The translations under genes and the position numbers were made by a program. A DNA stretch of 64,000 bases from Ostreococcus lucimarinus (taxonomy: Eukaryota). The notes beneath the pieces are model-generated. The model was not told the DNA's origin. It made no database searches and worked only from the letters and a program-made list of their open reading frames with translations. Below, one piece after another: positions 1 through 11,316 of the stretch. Within the stretch, counting starts at the first letter, position 1; every line of letters starts with the position of its first letter. The stretch lies in the NCBI GenBank assembly GCA_000092065.1, contig CP000590.1; one strand, given 5' to 3'.

Positions 1-135
1 CGTCGTCGTCGTCGTCGCCGTCGCGGTTCGTCCGTCGTCGTCGCTCGCGCTCGCGTCGCTCTCCGCGCCGGCGTCGCTCGCGTCCGAGTCCTCGAACGCG
101 TCGCCCCATCCGAGGTCGTCCGCGACGTCGCGCAT
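1..135 (-). CDS. 5' end of an unidentified gene (acidic N-terminus MRDVADDLGWGDAFEDSDASDAGAESDASASDDDGR...); continues beyond window start
   Basis: Manual reverse-complement translation from an ATG (plus-strand 'cat' near 133-135) stays open to position 1. Absent from the ORF track because it is truncated by the window edge. Confidence 0.3.
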   Translation of the reverse strand, partial: MRDVADDLGWGDAFEDSDASDAGAESDASASDDDGRTATATTTTT

Positions 136-185
136 CGCGTCGCGCAGTCGCGCGGCTGTCGCGACGGATTCGAATCGCGCGCGCG

Positions 186-400
186 CCGACCGACCGCGAT
201 TCTGACTGTTCGCGCATACGACACGCGACCGACCGACCGCGATTCTGACTGTTTGCGCATACGACACGCGACCGACCGACCGCGAGTCTGACTGTGTGCG
301 CATACGACACGCGACCGACCGACCGCGATTCTGACTGCGTGCGCATACGACACGCGACCGACCGACCGCGATTCTAACTGTTTGCGCATACGCACGACGC
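186..400. repeat. Tandem repeat, 5 copies of a ~43-nt unit (ccgaccgaccgcgattctgactgtttgcgcatacgacacgcga) in the divergent intergenic region between the minus-strand gene starting at 135 and the trpG-like gene at 501
   Basis: Five near-identical head-to-tail units are read directly in the sequence, with single-base variants between copies. Confidence 0.85.
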
Positions 401-500
401 GGACCATTATCCAAACCTCGCGCCGTCGCGCCGTCGCGACGCGCGCGCGCGCCACGCGGCGACGCCGCCGAAGGACGCGACGCGAGGACGCGCGCGGACG

Positions 501-1265
501 ATGGCGACGGTTCGCGCGGCGACGCCGACGACGCGCGGAGCGACGACGGCGACGCGGACGACGACGACGACGACGACGACGCGATGGACGGGACGACGAC
601 GACGCGCGGGCGCGGCGGCGCGCGCGACGCGCGAGGACGCGGCGCGACCGGTGGTGATCATAGACAACTACGATAGCTTTACGTATAATCTGTCGCAGTA
701 CCTCGGGGATTGCGGGTGCGCGCACGCGGTGTATAAGAACGACGAGGTGACGGTGGAGGAGGTGCGCGCGATGCGGCCGCGCGGCGTGATGGTGTCGCCG
801 GGACCGGGACGACCGGAGGACTCGGGGATCTCGCTGGACGTCGTGCGAGAGCTTGGACCGGAATTCGGCGTGTTCGGGGTGTGCATGGGACATCAGTGCA
901 TCGGACAGGTGTTCGGGGGGGACATCGTGCGCGCGCCGACGGGGTTGATGCACGGCAAGTCGTCGCCGGTGACGCATCGAACGGATTTGGACACGGTGCT
1001 GAGCGGACTGCCGAGCCCGTTTCAGGCGGCGCGGTATCACTCGTTGGTGATATCGCGGGATAATTTTCCCGAGGATGCGCTCGAGGTGACGGCGTGGACG
1101 GAGGACGGGACCGTCATGGCGGTGAAGCACAAGGCGTATCCTTGGATTCAGGGCGTGCAGTTTCATCCCGAGTCCATCATCACCGAGAACGGGCTGTTGA
1201 TCGTGAAGAATTGGGTGAAAATGATCAACGACAGGGCGGCGGAATCGGAGTTAGCGCGCGCGTAG
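501..1265 (+). CDS. Anthranilate synthase component II / TrpG-type glutamine amidotransferase (class I GATase), with an N-terminal Thr/Arg-rich presequence
   Basis: ATG at 501. Motifs VVIIDNYDSFTYNL, GVCMGHQ (catalytic Cys) and QFHPES (His/Glu) are typical of TrpG/PabA. Confidence 0.8.
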   Translation: MATVRAATPTTRGATTATRTTTTTTTTRWTGRRRRAGAAARATREDAARPVVIIDNYDSFTYNLSQYLGDCGCAHAVYKNDEVTVEEVRAMRPRGVMVSPGPGRPEDSGISLDVVRELGPEFGVFGVCMGHQCIGQVFGGDIVRAPTGLMHGKSSPVTHRTDLDTVLSGLPSPFQAARYHSLVISRDNFPEDALEVTAWTEDGTVMAVKHKAYPWIQGVQFHPESIITENGLLIVKNWVKMINDRAAESELARA

Positions 1266-1545
1266 GCGCGGGAAAGAGCGCGGGAAAGAGCGCGGGAAGC
1301 GCGGGCGGAAATCTCGCTTCGCGAGCGCCGCGCCGCCATCGATTCGTCGCGCGTTTCCTTCGCGTTCACGAGCGTAATGGTACTTAATTCAAAAACCACC
1401 GCTTTACCCGCTCGCGTCGTCGCGACGCATCGCGCGCGCGCCCCGGCGTCGTCGAATCGCGCGCGCGTCTCGTCTCGCGTCCACCCTCGGTCGGCACCGC
1501 GGGTCGGCACCGCGGGTCCCGCACTTTTCCGCGCGTCCGCCCGCC

Positions 1546-2004
1546 ATGATCACCGCTCGATCGCTCGCCGCGCTCACGCGCGCGTGCGCGCGCACCGCGC
1601 GCGCGCCGTCGGCGTCCGCGTGCGCCCGTCACGCCGTCGTCGCGCGCGCGACGCCCCGCGCGCGCGCCTTCGCCGCCGGCGCGCCGTGGGCGAACATCGA
1701 CGTCAGCGCGCTCAAGGACATGCTCGACAGCGCGAGCGACGACGACACGATGTTCGTGGACGTGCGCGAGCGCGACGAGTGGGACGCCGCGCGATTGCCG
1801 CGATTCGAGCTCAAGCCGCTGAGCGCGGCGGGGGAGTGGTTGGAGACGCTGCCGAGGGATAAAAAGTTGGTCGTCATGTGCAAGGGAGGCGTGCGAAGCG
1901 AAAAGGCGTGCGCGGCGCTGGCGCAGTGCGGATACGACGATTTGGTGAACGTCGAGGGGGGGATCATGACGTACGCGCAGGCGTACGGGCTGCCGGCGCC
2001 GTGA
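1546..2004 (+). CDS. Single-domain rhodanese-like protein (CxxGxR active-site loop CKGGVRS) with a presequence
   Basis: ATG at 1546. Rhodanese fold motifs FVDVRERDEW and MCKGGVRS are present. Confidence 0.7.
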   Translation: MITARSLAALTRACARTARAPSASACARHAVVARATPRARAFAAGAPWANIDVSALKDMLDSASDDDTMFVDVRERDEWDAARLPRFELKPLSAAGEWLETLPRDKKLVVMCKGGVRSEKACAALAQCGYDDLVNVEGGIMTYAQAYGLPAP

Positions 2005-2086
2005 GCTCGAGGCGAATTTTCTCGACCGGTTTTACGAGGCCGTTTAATATACAAACAAAACCGCTAATCGCTCTGCACTACGATCG

Positions 2087-2227
2087 CTACTGCTGAGGGC
2101 TAGGTCGTTCGCGGTGATCGCTCTGCGGCCACGGGGTTCCTATGGGCGTTCGTTCGGGGGCTTTCGGAAGGAGACACTCGTGCCAAATCTCAAACGAATA
2201 CGCGTAGCGCCCATCGCGATGTTTGCC

Positions 2228-2272
<45 letters not shown>

Positions 2273-2836
2273 CTGCGTGACTTTGACGTCCAACACGTAC
2301 TCGTCGAAGAGAAGGACGTTCTGGAAATAGTCCATTGTGTAGACGTCTTCGGTGTTGAAGTAATACTCCTCATTTTCGCTCGGGTCAGAAAATATCGCGC
2401 ACCGCTCGTCAATCGTCTTCGGCGTCGCGAACCGACCGCCGAATCGGCGCGTGTCTTCGCCGATCTCCGCCGTCGGCTCCGGCGCGTCTTCTTCTGCGTG
2501 AGCCGCTAACACGCTCAGCGTCGAACCTAGCGGTGCGTAGTAGTACGGCACATCGCACAGCATGTCCACCGAAAGCCCGGGCGTGAGAAGCTTGAAGAAT
2601 TGCTCGCCCGCGAACACCAAAGTGCGCGGCGGGATGTTCTCAAACGCGCGATCGAATTCTCCGCCCGTGAGCATGTCGCTCACCTTGACTTTTTCCTTAA
2701 ACTTTCCCTGGACCAACACTTGAAACGTGCACTTTTTCACCCGATAAAACTCGCTCGACGTCTTCGTGTGCGCGTCCTCCACGCCTTTAAATCGACACAC
2801 AATCTTCCCGCGGAACAACTCCGTCTCGAATTCCAT
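2087..2836 (-). CDS. Hypothetical conserved protein (249 aa), possibly DUF1336-like
   Basis: This is the C-terminal 249 codons of track ORF 2087..4333, starting at ATG 2834-2836. The upstream part of that ORF is antisense to the nucleotidase gene and is low-complexity junk. Confidence 0.4.
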
Positions 2837-3506
2837 CGCGCTCTCCGTGTTCACCGGCGCGTTGGCGTCGATCGCGCTCGGCGCCTTCACCCCTCGACCG
2901 CGTTCGCTCTTCAGCACCGGTCCGCGTTCGGACGCCCATCCGTCGAGCGCCGTCGTCTTCGTCCGCGGGCTCGCGCGCACGAAAATCGGTCGGTGCGGCC
3001 ACGTCGTCGCCGGCGGCAGCGCGCATCGTCCCCGCGTCGCCGCCGTCGTCCTCCCGAACGATTCGCGCCCGACGGCGTCGCTCGCCGTCTCGTCTCGCCG
3101 CGCGCGCGCGTCGCCGCGCGCGCTCCAAAACGCCGCCGCGTTCCCGCCGCCGCTTCGCGTCGCCGCCGCCGCTGCGACGTCGCGCCACCGCCAACCGCGC
3201 GCGCGCATCCGCCCCAGCGCGTCGCTCGGGACGAGCAGCGACCAGAACACGCCCGCGCACGGCGCGAGGCACACCGCGACGTCGACGCGAAGCGCCGACG
3301 CGAGCGCGAGCGCGAGCACGAAGAGAATCAGCGTCCCGCACGCGACGTGCGACGTCCACGCGAGCGCGACGAGCGCGTCGCCGAGCGTGCGCGTCGCGGC
3401 GCGCGCCATCGCGTCGCGAGCGTCGCGCGGCGTCGCGCGCGCGCGCGTGTGCGGGCGAGACGGTTCGGTTCGCGCGCCCATCGGTCGGTCGGGACATCGC
3501 GACGCG

Positions 3507-4597
3507 ATGCGCGCGCGCGCCGCTCGAGCGCGCGTCGGCGTCGCGCGCGCGACGCCGCGCGATCGTCGCGCGCGACCGCGACCGCGCGCGGACGCCGAGG
3601 CGCGCTCGAACGGCGCGCGCGCGGCGAATGAACTTCCAACCGTCTTGCGAGAGGTTGACGACGCGGCGCGCGCGCTCGACGCGGCGCGCGCGGCGATCGC
3701 CGTCGCGATGCGCGCGCGCGGACGGAACGCCGTCGCGGAACGCAAGCGCGATTCGACGATCGCGACGGTGGCGGACGTCGCCGCGCAGGTGGCGTGCGCG
3801 AGGGCGCTGCGCGGCGGCGAGGGCGAAGATTTCGTGGGCGAGGAGACGACGCGAGCGCTGGACGGTGACGCCGACGTCGTGACGGCGATTTTGACGGCGT
3901 GTGGGGCGGGAGTGGACGAAACGGAGGCGAGGGAACGGCTGAGGGAGACGTCGGGGGGGATCGGGCGGTACTGGGTGTGCGATCCTCTGGACGGCACGAA
4001 GGCGTTCGCGGCGAGCGACGACGCGGATAAACAATACGTGCTCGGATTGGCGCTCATGAGCGACGTCGGGACGCCGGAGATCGCGGTGATGATAGCGCCG
4101 AAGTGGCCGGGCGGAGGATTGGAGGTGGTCGCCGCGCGCGGTCGCGGGTGTTTCGCTCGCTCGCGCGACGACGAGACGAGCGCGTTTCGGCGCGTTTCGT
4201 GCGCGCAGCCGAAAGCGTTGTCGGACGCGAACGTCGTCATTTCGGCGCACGAATCGTTCGAGTCTTTGCCGCTCGGCCGGGCGGGCGTGTCGCCGGCGCG
4301 GGTGCGCCGATTGTGTTGCGGGAGTCTGTGCAAATACGTCGACGTCGTCGCTGGCTCGTCGTCGATTTTTATTCAACACGCAAAGGAGGGCGGCGACGAC
4401 GCGTGCGTCAATTCTTGGGATCACGCCGCGGGTGTTTTATGCGCCGAAGAGGCTGGTTGTGTCGTGACGGATTTACACGGACGCTCGCTCGGGTTTCTCG
4501 GTCGCGACGGCGACAGACGGCGTTTCTCGCCGGGCGGCGGCGGCGTGATTTGTGCGGCGAAAAGCGTTCACGAGAACGTCGTGCGAGCATTTCGAGA

Positions 4598-4619
<22 letters not shown>
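3507..4619 (+). CDS. 3'(2'),5'-bisphosphate nucleotidase / inositol monophosphatase family (SAL1/HAL2-like)
   Basis: ATG at 3507, in frame with track ORF 2766..4619. Motifs TVADVAAQ, WVCDPLDGTKAF and the WDxAAG region match the Li-sensitive phosphatase family. Confidence 0.7.
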
Positions 4620-4642
<23 letters not shown>

Positions 4643-4677
4643 GTGGCTGTGTACGTAGTATCAATAGCTTAGAATGG

Positions 4678-6154
4678 CTAACACACGCTAAGATACGCCT
4701 GCGCACGTCTGAGCGACTGCGTGAGGTGCGGATGCTGGTTGATTTCATAGCGAATCGCCGCGCTCAGATTGTCGCGCTTTGACTCCAACCGCGAGATTAA
4801 GTGTGCGTACCGTTCACGCTCGTCATTCGATCGCTCGACGTTTTCATCCGTGCCTTCTCCGCCTTTACCAAGTTTTTCAAATCGTTGCGCCATCTTTTGC
4901 AAACTGCTCGTGCCGAGGAGCGCGCGTTCGTACTTTTCGTTTAAACGCGTGGTGGCGTCGACGCGAAGATAATCACGTCGATCGCTCAAGTCGGACATTA
5001 TCGCCGCGATTTTACCGTGCGCGTCTTGCGTTTCCAGATACTCTTTCTCCAGTGCGTCGAGCTTTGGTTTTAGGTCCGCCGTCGCTTTCTGCGCCTCCGC
5101 TAACCGTCTTCGCACGTCGCTCCGAGCGCGCTTCGCAGTCGCCACCATTTCAGCCTCTCGAGCTTCTTCGCCGTCGGCGTCGATTTTGGATTGAATCACA
5201 TCGCCTTTTGCGACGATTATCTCTCGACGCTTGACGCAAGACTCTACCTTCGCCGCGATGTTGCTTCGAGTCGATTCGAGTTTGTGCAAAACGACGGCGA
5301 GCTTGGCGTTTTCCTGCTTGGCGCTCGCCACCTCGCTGTTTCCTTTCGTCGGATCGAGCATGATTTGGGCGTGACGTTCAAACTCAATTCGTCTTTCGAG
5401 ATCTGCGATGGCTCGGTTGATGCGATCGGCGTCCAGATGCGCAGTTCGCACGGCTTCCTCGCGATTGGAAATTTCCACGCGCAACTTCAAATTCTCTCCG
5501 CTGAGCGCGTCGATCTCACCTGCGCGCGCGTTCTCGACTTCGAGCGATCGAATCGCATTTTCGCGCGCACTGGATTCTGTTTGCGCGATTTTCTCATCGA
5601 TTGCGCAAAGCTTGCGTCGTTGACGCTCGATTGTTTTGTTCATGGATTCGCATTCTTCGGCGTAACGACGCGAATTTCTCTCATGTCGATCCCGCTTCTT
5701 CGTCAGTACGTTGTTGTCTTGCACATGCCGGTCGAACTGTTCGATCGCATCTCGACATCGTTCCTCATGGGATACAATGACTTTTTGTGCTCTGAGCCAA
5801 ATCTCACGAAGCCGCCGACAGTTTTGTTCGTTCGACTTAATCTCGTTTCGTAAATGCGCAATTTGTGCCTCGAGCGGGCCAACGTGCTCGGGCGAGACAT
5901 CCCGCAACTTTTCGAGTGTCTTGTTAAGTGCGTCCATCTTTGAAGTGTTATTTTCGATTGCCTCGACGTTACGTGCGATTTCTCTTTCGCACGCGTCGAT
6001 GGCGACACGCCTCTCCGCAACGTTCTTCTCCACGTCAGCCAATCTTTCCCGAATTGTTGACTCTTCTCCCGAGCTGCGCAACATCTCAATCTTGGTTTTT
6101 GCAACTTTGTGCTTCACCACTGTTGATTCATTTCTCGCGACACGTGCGCGCTCT

Positions 6155-6199
<45 letters not shown>

Positions 6200-7488
6200 G
6201 TCGTCATCTTTTCTGCGACGTGCAATAACGCGCGCTCTTGGAGCTCGAAAAGCGCGTGCGTGTGCACCACGTAAGATTGATCGACACGTTCGATCTCGAC
6301 GTCGATTTCGTTCGCGCGGCGCTCCTCGCCGCGCGCGATCTCGTCGTGGTTTCTTGCGCCCAGTTGTACGGCATCACTTTGAGACTTCTTGTCGTCGATA
6401 GCCGCCCTTAAGGAAACGATGAGCGCATCCGCGACTTCAATATCTTTGTCTAGTCTGCTCAGCACTTCAACGTGCGTGCTTTGCGTCGCGTACGCGTCAA
6501 CGAGGCCTTCTTTCACGCCGTCGCGTTCAGCGTCGAGAAGGCGACACGATTCCTCCAGTTCGCGTACTTCTGTTCTACTCCGCTCTAGCATCTCGTCCTC
6601 TTTACCGACTTGCTGAAGCACAAACTTCCACCTCTTGCACGACGCGTCCATACTCGTGTTGATGCTCGAAATTGCATAGTCGCACGTTTCGATTTGCGCC
6701 TGAATCGCCGCCGCGTCTCGCTCAGCGTCTTCGGCGGCTTTGACGTTTTCGAGCGCCGCCGCTCTGGCGCGCTCCACGCACTCCTTCACGTATTTGATAC
6801 GAATCTCACGATTTAACCGCTCACGCTCGGCCGTGTCAACCATATCCGAAGTGACGCTCGCAATGCGTTGAATCACGGCCGTGACGCCTTCGCGATCTCT
6901 CGCCACGGCGCCGTCCTCACGCGTGGCGAGCGCCAAATCTTCCAACTCCACTCGACGTTTCATCGCGCGTCCACGCGCTTCCTCGAGCGCGCGCGCCGCA
7001 CCCTCAGCGTCGCGCTCAAACGCTTCAGTATCACGCTCGGCCGTTTCCCGCGCTTCCCGACAGCGTCGTCGCGTCTCGTCCGTCGACACCCACTCCGCGC
7101 GCGACCTCGCGAGCTCGCCTTGCAGCGCGTACAACTCCACGCCGACGTCCTCGCGCTCGCGCTTTGCCGCGCGCAGCGCGCGGTCGGCGTCGACTGACTT
7201 TTCATTCAACTCATGTAGCCTCGCTTCGAGCTGCGCGCGAAGCGAGGTTTGCGCCGCGCGCACGCGCGCCATCGCATCCGTCTCGACATCACGCATCTCG
7301 GTCCGCGTCACGTCGGCCTCGCGCCTCCCCCGCGCGCGTCGATTCGCGTCGACGCGCGTAGATTCACGTCGACGCGACGATTCGATCGACACGCGCGGCT
7401 CGCGCGGCGCGCGTCGCGGCGCGTCGCGTTCTCTCGTGCGCGCGCTCGCGTGACGGTTGGTGTAAATACGGAACGCCTTTTTTGGCAT
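4678..7488 (-). CDS. Large coiled-coil protein (936 aa), possibly cilia/flagella-associated; lower GC than its neighbours
   Basis: ATG at 7486-7488. The whole length is heptad-like E/K/R/L-rich with no enzymatic motifs. Confidence 0.55.
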
Positions 7489-7597
7489 TTTCGGTCAAAG
7501 ACTGAGTCAACGACGACGCGGCGAACGCGGCGACGCGCTATTTATAGTCGCGCGCGACGCTCGCCGCGCGCGCGAGGCGATCGCGCGCGAAGAGCCG

Positions 7598-8788
7598 ATG
7601 TCCGCCGTCGCCGTCTCGGCGGTGGACGCGCTGGACGACGCGCGACACGCGTCGTCGCGCGCGAATGAGCATAAAGTGCACCAGCGTTGGCGCGAAGTCA
7701 TGCGCGCGCGGCGTCGACGCGCGACGCGCGAGGAGATCGAGAGCGCGGCGAAGGCGCACGATGATGCGTTGGATGATCGCGAGCGTGCGCTCGCGAACTT
7801 GGACGCGGCGATGGACGAGAGCGAACGCACGCACAGGGTCGAGGCGGAGGCGCAGGCGAGACGGTTGGAGGAGGCGTCGACGCGCGCGGACGCGGAGACG
7901 GCGACGATCGATGCGCGCGCGACTGGACGGTTGCGCGCGCTCCGCGAGACATTTGAAAGTGAGGACGCGCGCGCGGACGAACGGTGGCGAGAAGACGTTC
8001 AAGAGGCGTTGGAGCGCGCGGAGGCGGGACGCACAGCGTTTGAGCGAGAACAAGACGCGAGGCGCGCGAGTTTTGAAGACAAACGAGAGGAGATTCGGAA
8101 TCAGCACGGCGAGGACGTGTCGACGATGAAAATTATGTATGAAAACAAAATCAAAGAGCTCGAGAGCGAGCTCGCGCGAGTGACCGCGCCGAGCGTCACG
8201 AAGGGAGAATTAGGATGCGCCGACAATCACTGGGACGCCGAAGAAGAGCTCGACCACGAACGAGCGTACGAGCTCATTCGCGCGCGTGACGACGCGGACG
8301 CGAAACGCCTGGCGAACACAAAGCGCCAGATCCAGAAACTCCAATCCAAAGTCGATCATTGGCGCGAGAAGACGCACTCGCGAACTTCTGAATGGAACGC
8401 CTCGCACGCTCGCCGCGTCGCCGAGCGAGACCAACTCCTTCGTCGATACGACGACGTGAAATCCGGCGTCACCGCCATGCGCGACGCCCGCGCATCGGCG
8501 CTGCGCAAAATGTGCGTCTCAAGCGAGCACGCCATAAAAGAGCTCACGAGAACCTTGGAGCACGCTCGCCGCGTGCTCCGCGTGGAATCGCTCAACGCCG
8601 ACCTTCGTCGCCGGCACGGCGTCGACGTCGAAGCGTCCACACATTCGCCTCGCCGTTCCTCGCGCGACGCCGCGAGCGACGCCATCGCCGACTATCATTT
8701 CTCCGACGCACCTATGGATTACGCGCAGAGCGTCCTCGAGCGGTTTTACGCCCGCAGAACGGCTCAATCTTCCCCTCGCGCGCCGTAG
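7598..8788 (+). CDS. Coiled-coil protein (396 aa), divergently transcribed from the gene at 4678..7488
   Basis: ATG at 7598. Composition is coiled-coil throughout. Confidence 0.5.
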   Translation: MSAVAVSAVDALDDARHASSRANEHKVHQRWREVMRARRRRATREEIESAAKAHDDALDDRERALANLDAAMDESERTHRVEAEAQARRLEEASTRADAETATIDARATGRLRALRETFESEDARADERWREDVQEALERAEAGRTAFEREQDARRASFEDKREEIRNQHGEDVSTMKIMYENKIKELESELARVTAPSVTKGELGCADNHWDAEEELDHERAYELIRARDDADAKRLANTKRQIQKLQSKVDHWREKTHSRTSEWNASHARRVAERDQLLRRYDDVKSGVTAMRDARASALRKMCVSSEHAIKELTRTLEHARRVLRVESLNADLRRRHGVDVEASTHSPRRSSRDAASDAIADYHFSDAPMDYAQSVLERFYARRTAQSSPRAP

Positions 8789-8936
8789 CCAAATCCAAGC
8801 CATTTGTAGCGCGCACGACCGCCCAGCACATCAGCACACGCTCGCGCGCGCGACAACGCGAACGCACCCGCGCCGCCGCGACGCGACGCGAGGAAGCGAA
8901 ACGAAAGAACGCTTTTCGAGCGTCGGCGCGCGCGCC

Positions 8937-11285
8937 ATGTCGCGCGACGACGACGATGCGACGAAGAAATCGACCAAGACGAAGAAACCAAAGTTTGGTG
9001 GCGGCGGCGGCGCGCTGAATCAAAATGACGTCGTCACGGACGCCCGTTTCAGCGCCATGCACCGCGACCCGCGGTTCATGGCGATGCCGAAGAAGACAGG
9101 CGCGGTGCAGATCGACTCGAGGTTCGCGGGAGTGTTCGATGATCCGAATTTCGCGAGCGGAGGAGGCACGAGCGGGACGGACAAGCGCGGGAGACGCGCG
9201 GAGGATGAAAGAGGAGCGAAACTGGACGCACGCGCAAAGCAAAGGAAGGAGATGCGAGCGTATTACAAAATGGACGATGAAGATGATGATTCCGACGGCG
9301 ATGAGGGGTTGGAAGAGCGCATGGAGAAGTCGATGGATCGAATGCGCGGGGTCGGTTTGGAATCGTCAAGCGAGGAGGAGAGCGACGAAAGCGAGGACGA
9401 GGAAGGCGTCGATGAAGAGGATGAGGGGGTGCTGCCGACGATGCTCGTCGGAGAGGCGGATAAAGATATACCCACCATCGACGCAACGCGTCGGCTGGCG
9501 ATCGTGAATTGTGAATGGCAACATATTCGGGCGTGCGATTTGTACGCGGTGTTGCGATCCTTTGCGCCAAAGGGCGGGTCATTGGAGCGCGTGACGGTGT
9601 ACCCGAGCGATTTCGGGTTAGAGCGCATGGCGGTGGAGAATAAATACGGTCCTTTAAGCGCGTTTCAAAAAGATGAGTCGAAAAAGAAGTCAACGTTGAA
9701 CGCGGCGACGACGAAGAGAAAGGCGTCGGGGAACGAAAGCGACGACGCTGACGCGGCGGATAACGAACAAATGCGACAGTACGAGCGTGATAGATTGCGC
9801 TATTACTACGCTATCGCAGAATTCGATACAGTGAAGACCGCAATGGGGGTATATCACGAGTGCGATGGGATCGAGTACGAGCGATCGAGTTTTAAACTCG
9901 ATTTGCGTTACGTCCCGGACGACCAATCGTTTGAGGAACGCGAGGTTCGCGATACCGCCACGGATATTCCTCCCGATTACGAAGCTCCCGAGTTTCAAGT
10001 CAAGGCGCTGCAGCACTCGAACGTCAAGTTATCGTGGGACGATGATGACCCGACTCGGCGTAAAACGTTTCGACGTAAAATCACCGAGGACAATCTCAAG
10101 GATGAAGATTTCGCCGCCTATCTCGCGTCTGACTCCGACGACGAGGACGAATCCGAGCAATCCGAGGATGAAGAAAATGAAGCAGACGCCAAGGCAGCGA
10201 AAAAAGCGTACTTGGCTAAACTTCTCGGCGGGAGTGGTGACGCCGACGTTGATGCCGATGCCGGTGCGGAGAAGGATGACTTTTTTGTATCTGACGACGA
10301 CGACGACGACGGCGAGGACACCGCCAAGGCGTCCACGAAGGCGTTTAAAACGAAACGCGATAAACAGCGCTACGGCTCGAAAAGCAACGCAGGTGACATG
10401 GAAGTGACATTTCACGCCGGTCTCGAAGAGTTCGGTGCGCGCATTAAGAAGAAACAGAAAGACGGAAAGCTCGGCGCGCAGGAGACGGTTTACGAACGGC
10501 AAGAGCGCCTGCGCAAGGAAAAGCGCGAAGCGAAACGATTAGCGAATAAGGATAAAGGAGAAGTCAATGAAAAAGAGTCCGACGACGTTGCGGGTGGCGC
10601 CGACGGCGAGCCAGCGACGTTTGACGACCCGTTCTTCATGGACGATGGTGGTGACGTCGACTTTGACGCCGAGTACGATTCTGAAGACGGCGCCCCGAAG
10701 GCCAAGAAGAAGGCGAAAAGTAAGTTTACGGACGACGACGACGCGCCGAGCAAGACGAACTTGAAAAAGGCGAAGAAAGCTGCTAAGCGCGGTGAAGTAG
10801 ATGAACAAGCTCAAGCCGATTTGGAGCTGTTGATGATGGACGAGAAGGAAATTCTCGGCAAATCCGACGGCGTCTCCGCTCGTCGCGCTGCTATTAAGCC
10901 TGCCGACGGCGGAGAGCCGACCAAGAAGAAGTCGCGAAAAGAGCGTCTCGCCGAGAAACGCCGTCTCCGCGGCAAAGCCGCACGGCGTGCTGAGAGTGAT
11001 GACGACGACGACGGCGAAGTGAACAAGTTGGACACGGCGGACGATCGCTTTGCCGGATTGTACGAGTCGCATCACTTCAGTCTCGACCCCACGGATCCAC
11101 GTTACAAAGACGTGCAGAATAAGACGCTCATTATTAGTGAAAGAGACAAGCGGCGCCAGAAGAAAGCGGAAAAGAAATCTAGCAAGACTGTCAGCGCGCT
11201 TGAGTCGCAGGCGAAGGAAATCGGGTCGTCTGAACTGCAGAACATGATGGCGTCGCTCAAGAGGAAATCCAAAGTCAAGAAGTGA
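8937..11285 (+). CDS. ESF1 homolog (pre-rRNA processing, 18S rRNA synthesis factor)
   Basis: ATG at 8937. Conserved block RRLAIVNCEWQHIRACDLYAVLRSFAPKGGSLERVTVYPSDFG with acidic/KR-rich flanks is typical of ESF1/ABTAP. Confidence 0.7.
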   Translation: MSRDDDDATKKSTKTKKPKFGGGGGALNQNDVVTDARFSAMHRDPRFMAMPKKTGAVQIDSRFAGVFDDPNFASGGGTSGTDKRGRRAEDERGAKLDARAKQRKEMRAYYKMDDEDDDSDGDEGLEERMEKSMDRMRGVGLESSSEEESDESEDEEGVDEEDEGVLPTMLVGEADKDIPTIDATRRLAIVNCEWQHIRACDLYAVLRSFAPKGGSLERVTVYPSDFGLERMAVENKYGPLSAFQKDESKKKSTLNAATTKRKASGNESDDADAADNEQMRQYERDRLRYYYAIAEFDTVKTAMGVYHECDGIEYERSSFKLDLRYVPDDQSFEEREVRDTATDIPPDYEAPEFQVKALQHSNVKLSWDDDDPTRRKTFRRKITEDNLKDEDFAAYLASDSDDEDESEQSEDEENEADAKAAKKAYLAKLLGGSGDADVDADAGAEKDDFFVSDDDDDDGEDTAKASTKAFKTKRDKQRYGSKSNAGDMEVTFHAGLEEFGARIKKKQKDGKLGAQETVYERQERLRKEKREAKRLANKDKGEVNEKESDDVAGGADGEPATFDDPFFMDDGGDVDFDAEYDSEDGAPKAKKKAKSKFTDDDDAPSKTNLKKAKKAAKRGEVDEQAQADLELLMMDEKEILGKSDGVSARRAAIKPADGGEPTKKKSRKERLAEKRRLRGKAARRAESDDDDDGEVNKLDTADDRFAGLYESHHFSLDPTDPRYKDVQNKTLIISERDKRRQKKAEKKSSKTVSALESQAKEIGSSELQNMMASLKRKSKVKK

Positions 11286-11316
11286 TTGTAGTGTAAAACT
11301 AACCTAAAATCTACTG

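Noticed and set aside
186-400. CRISPR array interpretation of the 43-bp tandem repeat.
   Set aside because: The units are contiguous with no unique spacers, the context is eukaryotic, and there are no cas genes.
1264-1300. Short direct repeats gcgcgggaaagag x2 (and ggtcggcaccgcg x2 at about 1486-1520) between the trpG-like and rhodanese genes.
   Set aside because: They are very short and lie in a 3'UTR/intergenic position. This is probably simple-sequence slippage with no further support for function.
2600-4424. Long Arg/Ala/Gly-rich ORFs, including 2600..3631 (+) and 2787..4424 (-), overlapping the phosphatase gene. Similar ORFs occur throughout, for example 12761..13978, 16273..17076, 19500..20090, 21009..22685, 24212..25240, 25940..27714, 35340..36809, 44976..46586, 53395..54384, 55691..58570 and 60215..62202.
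   Set aside because: Their translations are low-complexity (poly-R/A/G/S) and lie antisense or out of frame to well-supported genes. High GC depletes stop codons and so generates long spurious ORFs.
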